NCBI GenBank assembly: GCA_965644295.1
Contig: CBFFRP010000357.1
Span: forward strand, 232,536 to 296,535
From: Paraphysomonas bandaiensis
Taxonomy: Eukaryota; Protista; Chrysophyceae
Reading direction: 5' to 3'
Length of the DNA: 64,000 nucleotides
The notes beneath the pieces were generated by a model, which worked only from the letters and a program-made list of their open reading frames with translations, searched no databases and was not told the DNA's origin. Of the stretch, positions 37,793-54,707 are shown piece after piece. The number at the start of each line of letters is the position of its first letter. Position 1 is the first letter of the stretch. The translations under genes were made by a program, and so were the position numbers.

Positions 37793-38365
37793 ATTTGTTG
37801 AATCAACCACTTTGACCGGATAATTCAACCATTCTAATCTCAAATCTTATCATTTTATATAGTAGTTAGTATATAGGAAGCTTCTAATGGCCTCTCACAC
37901 TATGTTTAATCTAGAGATTTTTTAGTTCTAGTTTTATAGGATGATTTCCTATGAAAAAACTAACACATCCTTTGAATCGCTATTTTCCATGCAATTTGCT
38001 AACCTTCACTTCACTTTGATGAAAGGGGGTGAAGAACAATCTTGAATGGACATTCGACTGAAAGGTTATGTAAAGAGTATAATATATCTCTACAAAAAAA
38101 TGGATAGAATTTATTTATGGATAGAATTTGTAGGGGTGAAAGGGTATATTAACTCAATTTTTCAGTTTGTGACCAATTTGTCTATTGAAGATATTTTCAT
38201 TCTTACTATATATTATCATATAAATTTATAGACACATTTGATCTGAAAAAACACATATGCAAACACTGAATTCATGTCGATTACCATACTCACCTCACTC
38301 CTTTCCATAGCAATCAAAGTATCTACCTGTCATTAGTTACCAGGGCTACTAGATCAATTAAGAAA

Positions 38366-39433
<1,068 letters not shown>

Positions 39434-40250
39434 TCTCTTAAATATGTCAGTTTACTGGCATACTGTTGAAGCCTTTACGTTACTAAGAGAATGATGAACG
39501 GCGAGTATAGAACTTTTCTTTGGGAAGTGCTAGCTAGTTACATTACAGTTTTTACTTTTGTGCCCTAACTGCATAACTTGGTTGCTTGTCTAAAGTAGTC
39601 TGCCTTCGCAATACTACGTAAGGACATGTGCTTCGTAATGAAAGATATCTAGCATATTTGTTGAAATTGTGAAATTATGACGCCTTTTGTGCCACCTTAG
39701 GAGACCCCGTACAAAATATCGCTTGTAAAGCATTAGTAATACATCTATAGCTCTCTACATATCTTAATTATGTCATCTGGATACATTGATAAGAAGCACA
39801 CGTCGAGCTCAATCATGCCTGCAATGCAGAATGCAGTGAGGCCGCTCATCAACAATCAACCCATCGATGTCATGACCCACCCAGTACCTGAATGGTATGT
39901 GCGTGAATTATTGCTGCCCCATTCCGAGGGCGTGGCCATAGTGTAGGCTGGCTGTACACCACCTAAAACACCGTGATATAGCACTGATTCTACTACCCAC
40001 CTACCCGTGTACGGTGTACCAACGTATCTGACAGCATAGATCACGCGCAGAATCTGTTGCCCCCCACCTGTGTTAACCTGTGCTGAGATTACGCGGGATT
40101 TCTCATAACTATGCATAACTTCTATATATATAATTCGCACAGATTCTAGTAGGACCATGTGTACCTTCCCATTATTACCTAACAAATATTACGCGGGACT
40201 TCTCGTGACCATGCATGACTCAGTTGATAGTTGATATTACTACTAAAAAT

Positions 40251-40373
40251 AACATATATTGGCGCAAAATATATTGCCACTTTAACAGAGACAATAGTGA
40301 GAGAATATTTGGCCGGTCCACCTCATTATATTTTACAATACATTGCAATTCTATATATTGTTCCCTAGCCCTG
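40251..40373. mobile_element. Solo hAT-type terminus (CAGGGCTAG family)
   Basis: TATATATTGTTCCCTAGCCCTG ending at 40373 matches the TIR of the 45185-45259 mini-element; AATATATTG subterminal motifs lie upstream. Confidence 0.7.
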
Positions 40374-40392
40374 AACTGTATCATTAGCAGAG

Positions 40393-40516
40393 GTGGTCAC
40401 ACCTTGGTGCTTGCGGCGACGCACAAGAATCCTCCGTAGCGTCAAATAGTAGGATATTAGTAATAAGTACTAGATAGATTTCTGTTTTTAATTCTTGCAT
40501 GCCTATTGCTAAATAA
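40393..40516 (+). repeat. Second copy of the putative retroelement 3' structured segment
   Basis: GTGGT..CACCTTGGTGCTTGCGGCGACGCACAAG...GTAGCGT.AAATAGTAGGATA...GCCTA.TGCTAAATAA is shared with 32811-32978. Confidence 0.75.
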
Positions 40517-40744
40517 TCGGACTTTATATATAACTGTACCATTTCAAACAAAGCATATGCTTACTCCAAAGGTGTTACCAGTTAAATAAACCACACACTG
40601 CTTATTACACAAGAAATTATACTGAAAATAATTCCTTTCAAGACAATATTGATATTAGAATAGCATCAACATCAACAACACCGTCAAAACAACGATATCT
40701 GAAAGACGACATACGAAATTCTCGCATTACCCTCGTGGCCCAAC

Positions 40745-42177
40745 CAACACAAGTCCTGTGATTATGATGGACCTACTATAACAACAGTTACATCAAATAC
40801 ATACACCTACGTGGCATAAGTAATATGATACAGCTATAGAACAGCTTCAAAATCGTCGAACATATGCAACATCACTACATATCAGATGAATCTCAACAGT
40901 GAGTACTTCTTATCATTAGCCATTTCATAGAGATACTATATGGTAATGAACGTGATACAATCGATACGTACATGTCCATATTAGACCATATGTGCTGTGT
41001 CCTTTTTTCTATCCCACATCTTCAAGTATTACCTTCTTGACCAACTCAAACGCAAGCCCTGTGATTATGATGGACCTACTATAACAACAGTTACATCAAA
41101 TACATACACCTACGTGGCATAAGTAATATGATACAGCTATAGAACAGCTTCAAAATCGTCGAACATATGCAGCATCACTACATATCAGATGAATCTCAAC
41201 AGTGAGTACTTCTTATCATTAGCCGTTTCATAGAGATACTATATGGTAATGAACGTGATACAATCGATACGTACATGTTTCATATTAGACCATATGTGCT
41301 GTGTCCTTTTTTCTATCCCACATCTTCATATTGGCAGAGAAGTATTACTTTCTTGACCAACTCAACGCAAGTCCTGTGATTATGATGGACCTACTATAAC
41401 AACAGTTACATCAAATACATACACCTACGTGGCATAAGTAATATGATACAGCTATAGAACAGCTTCAAAATCGTCGAACATATGCAACATCACTACATAT
41501 CAGATGAATCTCAACAGTGAGTACTTCTTATCATTAGCCATTTCATAGAGATACTATATGGTAATGAACGTGATACAATCGATACGTACATGTCCATATT
41601 AGACCATATGTGCTGTGTCCTTTTTTCTATCCCACATCTTCAAGTATTACCTTCTTGACCAACTCAAACGCAAGCCCTGTGATTATGATGGACCTACTAT
41701 AACAACAGTTACATCAAATACATACACCTACGTGGCATAAGTAATATGATACAGCTATAGAACAGCTTCAAAATCGTCGAACATATGCAGCATCACTACA
41801 TATCAGATGAATCTCAACAGTGAGTACTTCTTATCATTAGCCGTTTCATAGAGATACTATATGGTAATGAACGTGATACAATCGATACGTACATGTTTCA
41901 TATTAGACCATATGTGCTGTGTCCTTTTTTCTATCCCACATCTTCATATTGGCAGAGAAGTATTACTTTCTTGACCAACTCAACGCAAGTCCTGTGATTA
42001 TGATGGACCTACTATAACAACAGTTACATCAAATACATACACCTACGTGGCATAAGTAATATGATACAGCTATAGAACAGCTTCAAAATCGTCGAACATA
42101 TGCAACATCACTACATATCAGATGAATCTCAACAGTGAGTACTTCTTATCATTAGCCGTTTCATAGAGATACTATAT
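40745..42177. repeat. Tandem array of alternating 303- and 315-bp units (618-bp higher-order dimer), about 4.6 units
   Basis: TGTGATTATGATGG occurs at 40757, 41060, 41375, 41678 and 41993. Confidence 0.95.
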
Positions 42178-42939
42178 GCATATGTTATAGATACCTTGCA
42201 CTGTGACTTGCATCTCTGATAAGTGGAAATCCCAACTAACGCCTGCCATGAGCCCTTTCACTGTTCAGCTTTGGTATCATAGCTTTGACTATATATATGT
42301 TGCAATGGTTGTGTGTGGAGGTGCTCTGCATATATCTGCCTGGATATCTCCACACCACATATCTGCCTGTGGATATACAGTCATACCCTCTTGTATACTG
42401 TACTCGTACATACAGTATGCTGCTGCATCCATACATACAGCTCACACGCGATATAACGCGATTAGGGTGCGCGAAAATCGCGATATAGGTTTTTAGCATT
42501 AAAGTGGCAGTATTTATATAAAAATCCCGGTTTTTTTATGTACTGTACCATATGTACTTTAGTCCACTATATCTGTACTGCTATATATATCTCCAGGTAC
42601 ATATCTGAATATACTGATTATACAAGTATGCCTCTCACCATATACATCTGTACAACTGTGCGCACAGATGTCCCAACACAAAAACCCCGGATTTAAAAGT
42701 TTCTAATTCATATAATTCTCAAATTCCTGTAAGTATCTACACTAATTCTTTAGATATCCTGGTTTTCTATACTATCCTTACTATGAAAAAGCCTTGTGCA
42801 ATATATTCCAACACTATCATCTAGCTATCTATCCATATATATATACATATATCATGTTAGTGCCTCTATTAGGCCAAATTAATTAATTCTTTCTATAAAT
42901 CTATGTTTTATTGAGTTCATCTAATCCTAATAGAGTATC

Positions 42940-44949
42940 ATGGGTTGTTGTTTTACATGTTTTACAAAGAAAAGTCATCATAATAAATATAACACGAAGA
43001 GTCTCATACAGCAGCCTTTACTCAATGATAATAAAAGAAATTCAGATAGTAGAGGTGTCAGTCTTCAACAAGAAGGATATTATGAATCTCCTGTATTTCA
43101 ATCATCATCTTCATATGAAAATAATGATAAGAGTCTTCATATGGAGATACACACAGATCATAGAAGTCGACATATTAACGGAGAATCTCTTATAGAAACA
43201 CCCACTTTAAGTGAATTGAGAAAAACAGGATGGTTGATGAAGCGTGGGCATATGGTGTACAGGAGACATATGTATGAGACACTGTCTTATGGTTAATTAT
43301 AGGTACGGAATTGGAAGAAACGGTACATAGTGCTCGATGATGGCGAAATTAAATACTATGATAAATTAGATGAAAGTACGGGAAGTGGAATAAATATGAA
43401 GGGACAGGTATTACATATATTGTAAAAGTATTATATTGGACCGCTGAAAAGGATACCTCTAAATATTATACTTATTTAGTTGTACGTATTTCTTAATTGT
43501 GTCTTTTATTCAATGTCCTTTAGTGGTTGTCAGATATGATGTATATATTCGAATATCACCGCTTTAGTATTGAGCCGTGCTGCTGAACCACAGGTACACT
43601 TATTGGGCGCTACGTATGAGTTAAAGCTCACTATGGAAGATACCCCTGTACTGGAAATAATAGGGAGGCATGGTGAAAAAGACCTGCTCCTCAAGTTTGA
43701 CTCTCTCAAGGATGCACATGTGAGTGTACTTGTGGGCTAGTGTAGTATAGTGGCACTGTATACTACTTGAGTACCAGAAGGCATATTAATGAGTCTATGT
43801 TGTACTGTTCATGGAGGAGTCGATAATATAGTATCAAAGTATAAATATGTTGTCATTTTATTCCATGACTATTGTTTCTGTGCAGGAATGGTACGATGCC
43901 ATTCATTGGACCGTCTACACGTGGAGTGTTAATAGCATTACTTCCGGAGAAGAGACCGTGGACACTGAAAACTGGTACAAGCAGCAGCTAGTAACCGTTG
44001 AGACTTCATTTCAAGAACTATCGAAAGGGTGCAAATTCAACAAGCATGGCTTTTCTAGCACCGGCAATATGGTCACATCGCTTTGTTCGGTGCAGGTGCG
44101 GTTGTAACACTTTGACGCCGATGCGTTGCATACATGAGATACACAATTTCATGACATGCATAACGTCTACGATCTATATATTACAGGGAAATAGAGATGA
44201 TGTTTGTTTAAGCTGGTGCTCAATCAGTCAAGGAAATAGCACAACTTCGAAGGGGAAAAAGTCCCAAATGAGGATTATTCCTTTAAGCGATGTTGTAGAT
44301 GTTATATATGGAAATTATTCAGGTATTACAATGTATGAGCTACCAATTTGGCTGCTATATGGTCGCTTTGACTACTGAATAATACTCACTGTACTGTTAT
44401 TATATAGGCGATGATATACCGATGCTTTCTATAGTCACCAAAGGGCATTCCTTGGACCTGCAAATTATCGATGATGATGTCGCCAATGCATGGATGAAAG
44501 CGCTAGCGGATGTATTAATGTTTTATTCTATTCCGGTAACTCCACTAATACGCCTGTTCCGTCTTTTATGTCTTGTTGAGAATTGCACTCGCATCACTGT
44601 TGGTGGTATTTCTATAATTCTTGTATTGCAATTTGATGACTGGTCGACACTGTTTATAGTTGCTTTTTATGCCAGGCCTCCAGATGTACTAACTCAATAT
44701 ACACATAGGTGCCCCGCAGATGTATGAACGTAGCGCCACCAGAGGATTCTAATAATAAAATGAAGCGAAAAGCGGCCATGAAGGCTAATGTGAGTTTGTA
44801 TATACCTAGATTGCTTGCATATTTCGAATGAGTAACTTGTTTATGTATTTTATTTCTTATATTGTGCGGGTGCATGTGTATCATACAATTCTATTTGGCC
44901 TCATTATTAACTTTTCTGTATTCAGTGCAAGGGAAGTACGTTTTCATGA
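42940..44949 (+). CDS. N-acylated tandem PH-domain protein (multi-exon)
   Basis: MGCCFTC myristoylation/palmitoylation motif. PH1 KTGWLMKRGHMVRNWKKRYIVL...EWYDAI. PLC-like PH2 LSKGCKFNKH...IPLSDVVDVIYG...SLDL...ANAWMKAL. The 3' exons are less certain. Confidence 0.8.
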
Positions 44950-45184
44950 TGTAAGCTTCAACAAACACAGAAGTTCTGAGCAGATATTGTGTCGTCATTC
45001 GACATTACCATAGTTAATAGTCAACTACTCTAGTCGTTGATCATGTCCAAAAACTTCAGATCAATAAATAAATTGCATATTAGACCTTGACTAATGATTA
45101 TTCCTTTTGTAGTACTAGTACTTACCAATACCTGTGTGACTGCAGTCAACATAACCACACAAAAGCGACAGGTAGTATCTGCAG

Positions 45185-45259
45185 CAGGGCTAGGAAACAA
45201 TATATATTGCAATATATTGTACAATGTATTGCAATCCAATATATTGTTTCCTAGCCCTG
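45185..45259. mobile_element. 75-bp hAT-derived mini-element (MITE-like) with 21-bp perfect TIRs
   Basis: CAGGGCTAGGAAACAATATAT ... ATATATTGTTTCCTAGCCCTG; no 8-bp TSD detected. Confidence 0.75.
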
Positions 45260-45756
45260 AAAAATATTAGGTATAACATACAAAACGCCGTTAAGTGATG
45301 CGGATAGCAGAAACTTCGACAGTACTGCTCATATATTTTTAGATACGACCTTAAGTAAGCAGTTCTTACATTATAATGGCCATTCTAATTTCTGGGGCAT
45401 TTTTCATTTATGCCGTTATAATTGCCGGGAACTGGACTACCATTAATGGTTATCAGGCCCTGGATCTTACACACTGTTACACTGCCAAAGGTTATGGTGT
45501 GGCCGAAAATTAGATCACTATTATGTTACGTAATATAACATTTTATATAGTAGCAACACACACTATAGATGTGGATATTGTTTATTATATTAGCAGTTCA
45601 TAATATTAATTTAATGTGACAACAACATTCACTACGCTATTATTAATTCATAGGAATTCAACTGCTGCTTCGTACGACTACAGAGGTCAGTAGTAAAACA
45701 ACAGACATTGAATAAGCAAGCGAACAATGCCAGCTTGCAACGTTCATATGCTTCGA

Positions 45757-48700
45757 TTATACGCTTTCTACTACTTCGTCGTCCACAGTATTGGCAAAGT
45801 CGCTCGCGACCTGTTTCACAATAAAATGTCAAAATATACAAAGAAGCCATGCATAAATAAATTCAGAGCATATCCAATTTACTGCACACCGACATACCTG
45901 CTTCAGTACTTTTCTGCATCTCTTCAAAATATCCTGGGAACTGAATGAATGTTCCTTGTTCCCTCCCTCACCGTCCTCATCGTCACTATCGCTTGAGGGC
46001 TGGAATATCGTCTGAATATGGGCATACACATCCCGCATTATTCCATTAACTTTATCTTGGGTTAAAGACGAATTTCCCGTTGACTGTGATGCTAATTGTT
46101 CTCGCAGTGAGTCAACCTCTGATTTATGTTGCTGTTGAAGCGCATCAATCTTCGATCTCATATCCGCTATCTCAGACTCATACTTCTCATTTCCAGATAT
46201 TTTTTCGAAATTCTCTTCTTTCAATGATTCCAGCTCCTTCTTTACGCGCTCAGCCTCTTGTGCATGTGCATCACGCTGTCCCTTCAAGTCAATTATCTCA
46301 TTTTGCATTTCCTGTAGTTCCATGGTGTTGTTATTGGACTGGGCCTGAGACCTGGCTCGTTGAAGGTCCTCTTCCAGGGCAACTATATCACTCTGTCTGT
46401 CACTAATCGTCTGCTTCAACTCAGCTCGTTCCTCCATCCACAATCGTTCTTTGTCTCCAAACTCCGCAGTCAGTTGCTGCTCCAAAGCTTTCAATGCAGA
46501 GGCAGACTCTCTATTAACCGCATCCATGCGTGATGACCACTCAGCATTTAAATCGGCCAACGTATTAGTGTGAATTTTCTCAAGATTTTGGATAGAAGAG
46601 CTAAGATGGTCTCGCTCAGATGTTATAGAAGCAAGCGACTTCTCTAGATAGTCGATGTGATCCCTATATTTAAGACGTCATTATACCCACAGCGAAAATC
46701 GCGACGGAAGTAATATGCTTTGCAGTGTAGTCAACATGACGTAGCATATATACTGATGCATACCTGTCAGCTGCAGATGTGCTCTTCGCTGCTGATGAGC
46801 TGGCAGCTGCATCTTTTAGAGCCTCAATCTCCTGTCGCAGAGAAGACATGCGGTCTCTCTGAGCGCGAAGAGCATCTTCACTCTCATCTCGGTCTCGCTT
46901 AGCGGATTCGAGCTATGAAACAAGAACACAATAAGGGTAGGTGCACAATGCAGCAATAATCGCTTTACACGTATCCTGTCATATCATTATGATATGCCAG
47001 TACGATACGATGACAGGATAAGCTAAACAACAAGAACATAACAAACCTCGCGTTGTATGCGGGACAATTTAGAAGAGTTCTCCGCCGCAGACTCAAGAGC
47101 TGCCGCATGCTTCTCCCATAAGTCTGATTTCTCATTCATGAGTTTTTCGTTCCGAGTCTAAAATTCCACATGATAACAGTAAGATGGTACCCAGGTAGCA
47201 ATAAAGTGGTACATATATTACACACCATGAGAGAATCAACTTTATCCTGAAGACGACTCAGCTGGTCCTCACTCGATGCACTTGCGGCTCTATTTTGTGA
47301 AGCGTTGGCAACCTGCTGTTTCAGCATAACGACCTCATTCGAACACTTGTCATGTTCCGCAATCAGCGCTTGTACAGAATCCACTATCTGCTTCCCCTTC
47401 AAGTGAATTGACTCTCCTCCTGACTGCTGTAACTGCATGGTGTCCCCTCCAATGCCTCCACGTAACATCGCCTGCATCTGCTGCTGTTGGAGAAATTGAA
47501 GCTGTTGCATACCTCCACCCATCATAGCGCCTCCAGATGCAGTGATCATATCCATCTTTCCATGAAGACCCATCAAGCTGCTCTGTAGAGTGAGCATCAT
47601 CTGATGAATTTGGTCGTATTGTTCTTGTTGTTTTCGTGTATTTTGATCTTGAGCATGCTGCTGGTACTGCTCAGATTGCTTTTGCCTAACATAGCTAGAT
47701 GTACTATCTCCATCTCCAGATAGGTAATAGGACCTCGCCTCCTGGCCCTCCACCAACGCTACAGCATAAGTCTGGGAAGGACTGCTACCCTGATGTTGCT
47801 GACTTTGTGGAGACCATTGTTGAGATTGATTGTATGGTTGATTTTGACTCTGATGTTGAGGCTGACCCTGATATTGGCCTTGAAATGCATGCTGAGGAGT
47901 CTGCTGGAATTGGCCATTGTGCTGCTGCGAATGCTGGTGGTAAGGCTGGTTCTGCTGCGTCATAGACTGTTGAGGAATCTGCTGGAATTGTCCTTGTTGA
48001 CTATACTGTGGTTGTCCTTGCTGAATATTCTGAGGATGTCCTTGTTGACTATACTGTGGTTGTCCTTGCTGAATATTCTGAGGATGTCCTTGTTGACTAT
48101 ACTGTGGTTGTCCTTGCTGAATATTCTGAGGATGTCCTTGCTGGCTATACTGTGGTTGTCCTTGCTGTATATTCTGAGAATTCCCTTGCTGGTTGTACTG
48201 TGGTTGCTCTTGCTGGGCCATCGGTTGCTGCACGTGGGGCTGTTGTTGTTGAAGTGTAGCTTGCTCAGACTGTGGCTGCATATTCTGACGACTACCCATT
48301 GCTGCTGCGAGCATACCTGCTTGCGACCCACCTGACTGGTGAGCTAACGTTGCCATTCGATTCGATATACTGTTAGACCGGGACCGATTGTTACCGTCGT
48401 CTTCATCGATAGAGGCCGATTGTACCACTGGTTCTGGAGCAGATTTCTTTTCTTTCTTTTTCTCTTTCTTTTCTTTATCAGACTTAATTTTTATGATTTC
48501 CACTTCGACGATAACATATACTGCTGGACGGCGGCGAGAGGACATATCTCCGGCATTGTAGGCAGTACCTGTGTTTATCAATATGTCATTAGCACCACAA
48601 AGCAAAGATAAACTGCTAACAATCCCTGCTACATATGTTGCGTCCAAAACTTACCTGTGGGAATGCCTAAGAACATGCGTTCACCCTTCCTGTGACCCGC

Positions 48701-50165
48701 CAAAGCATCACCCAGTCCTCCAATTGGATCATCGGATCCCCCGCCAATTCTGTACATGGAATATAAGCAACAGTACAATAGGGATCCAAACCAATAACAG
48801 TGTAAGTAAATCAATATAAAGCTTCGATGAAATTATGTCAACAGCAATCATACACATTTCTCACTTTACTTTCGCCAAGTCTGAAGTAGTGGCTTGCTTG
48901 AATGGGGATTCCAAAAAGGCATCAGAGGGTGAATCTGAGGAGTGTCCACACGCCTCGTAAGCTTTATATGCAATCCCTGTACCACCTTTACATTCACAGA
49001 ATATCGCAGAGTAATATACAGGCAGGCCACATCAAAGATATACGTTTGCCACTTGTAAAAATACAGGTTTCTCTCAACACTACTTCACCTGCAGTGTAGC
49101 CCGCAGAGAGAACTGGGGACGACGGATCAAAGTCAGGAGACGGTGGAAGGTAACCCTTAAAAGTGCCCAGTGCTTCGTTACCTATATAGACAATTAAACA
49201 CTGCTTCATACAGGTTGAACTTGGCACACAAGCATACCACTACTCATAAACCATTCCAAACAAGCATTGTAGTTAATCATATCATTCATTAGACTATAAT
49301 ATCTCACCATCACTCGGCGCATGCGTCCTAACATGACAGACAATAGCCACGACGGCTTTCACAAAACTGGTTATAGTGTCAGGGGAGTCAAAGAGAGCTG
49401 ACCAATTGTTCCCCGTAGCATCTGAAAAGGACATGTAGAGGTCTCTTAGATTGTAGTTGAAAGACCGAGAGATAGGTACGGCAGCCTGAGGTGCTTTCTA
49501 CTCAACACATATGCAAATGTTAAAAAGTATAACTAGAGCGTCAAATAATAAACTACCAGTATAACGGATCACATGTACCACAAAAAAGCTACATCAGTGT
49601 CCAAAATCACAACAGTAAGAACAATGCAGTATGTGTGACAAATTCTTGTCTGCACTTTTGGCAAACAATATAATTAATTACCTGGGCATTATATATAAGG
49701 AGCTGGTACTGGGTGCCACCTCCAATAACAGCACAGCCCAAAGGATTACCGCCTGCATGTGCTTCGTATCCTCCAGTACTTGGGTTCAGCTTAAACAATC
49801 TCACTGCTGCAGAAGCAACAACCTTCGAAGCACTTGCACTCGCATTACCTTGTGAAGTAGATGGAGTCGCCTTTGAGGATTGAGATGTCGAAGAAGCCGC
49901 TGGGGAGCTGATAACATATACCAGTATATAACATAACGTCTCTCTCATACACATATATATACATACCTCACAGATGCTGTAGATTTCTTTGGTTCTTTAG
50001 GGGCAACATAACGTAAAGAATCATTGTTTTCAGCCGGGGCTCTACGGTGAGTTCAGTGAGTGAATCATATAATAATATACATATATATATACATAAGTCA
50101 GACGATATCACTCACCCTGAGCTACCGAATAAACTCCCGAGACGAGAGGACGATGCATTGGCCAT
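45757..50165 (-). CDS. FKBP15: FKBP15/WAFL-like protein (WH1-like domain, degenerate FKBP domain, Gln-rich region, coiled coil)
   Basis: MANASSRLGSLFG...SLRYVAPKEPKK; LGCAVIGG..YQLLIYNAQK...YMSFSDATGNNWSALFDS (WH1-like); GGLGDALAGHRKGERMFLGIP (FKBP-like); C-terminal KVNGIMRDVY...FSSQDILKRCRKVLKQV. Confidence 0.75.
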
Positions 50166-50236
50166 GATTAAATACTATTGTAGTAATAGGAGCGAGTTGT
50201 GAAGGCCGAAATACTCATAAAGTATAGATACCAGAG

Positions 50237-50741
50237 TATGTATGTATGTATGTATGTATGTATGTATGTATGTATGTATGTATGTATGTATGTATGTATG
50301 TATGTATGTATGTATGTATGTATGTATGTATGTATGTATGTATGTATGTATGTATGTATGTATGTATGTATGTATGTATGTATGTATGTATGTATGTATG
50401 TATGTATGTATGTATGTATGTATGTATGTATGTATGTATGTATGTATGTATGTATGTATGTATGTATGTATGTATGTATGTATGTATGTATGTATGTATG
50501 TATGTATGTATGTATGTATGTATGTATGTATGTATGTATGTATGTATGTATGTATGTATGTTATGTATGTATGTATGTATGTATGTATGTATGTATGTAT
50601 GTATGTATGTATGTATGTATGTATGTATGTATGTATGTATGTATGTATGTATGTATGTATGTATGTATGTATGTATGTATGTATGTATGTATGTATGTAT
50701 GTATGTATGTATGTATGTATGTATGTATGTATGTATGTATG

Positions 50742-50770
<29 letters not shown>
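50237..50770. repeat. (TATG)n microsatellite, about 133 units
   Basis: Direct observation. Confidence 0.99.
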
Positions 50771-50775
<5 letters not shown>

Positions 50776-51040
50776 TATATAGATAGGTAGGTAAGTACAC
50801 AGCAGTACAGTACGTAGGTAGGAAGGTATGAGGGTGTGGGGGTCGGGTGTCGTATCTGGACATACATATATGCATACATATACAGCAAGTGTCGTGTGTA
50901 TGGGTATCAAATATTAAGATAGTTCAAAACAATCTCTTTCGAAATCAATCAGTCTCTCCTGACCACACCTTTACATATCTCTCCATATGATCTAACCATT
51001 ACACTTACCCCTCTTCCATATACTCATATAGCCTCTACTA

Positions 51041-54045
<3,005 letters not shown>

Positions 54046-54240
54046 TATGCTGTGCTGGTGGTATTATACATGCTCAGACGTTGCATGTGATAAATGACGT
54101 TTCATATTTTTGACGAGATTTATGAAAAGAACATGAAAGTAGTGGGTAATTTAGCTGTTAGTTGTGGTCGGTTATTCGTATCTGTAATATCCTATGAAAG
54201 CAGTGGTAAACATGTGTCGTCATTTTTTAAATATGAACAG

Positions 54241-54533
54241 TGTTGGGAAATGCTCATTTTACTTAGATCAAAGAGAGATTAAGTTGTTAGACTAGATAGA
54301 TTTATTAATATCGTTTACACAAATTGTGTTAAACAACACAAGCTCGTTTTGTGCCATGCATAAATCACTACTTCTGTAGACCTTTCGCTACTAAACATAT
54401 CTTGAAAGAGCAAACTATTTCAGTTTTCTCAATATCATAACAGCATCTACACATCACCATACTTCACTGTATTCTCGTACATTGTCTTCAAGTACCACAT
54501 TGAATATACTAGGATACAGTCCATATTCTAATA
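54241..54533 (-). repeat. Copia 3' LTR
   Basis: 293 bp, identical to 59403-59695. Confidence 0.97.
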
Positions 54534-54707
54534 CTCCCACTCAATGTAGAATGCAGTGATACGAAAACAACAATGAGTACAGTGATCTTCATGCTATAAA
54601 CTAGTCTCATAGGTAAAATAGATGTGAAATCTTATCAAGATACATATATAACTAGCAGTCAACTAGATATATAGTTATGTGGGATTCTCACCCACTAAAA
54701 CACACCT

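Noticed and set aside
39770-40185. Short ORFs downstream of Rab11
   Set aside because: No recognisable motifs or convincing splice structure.
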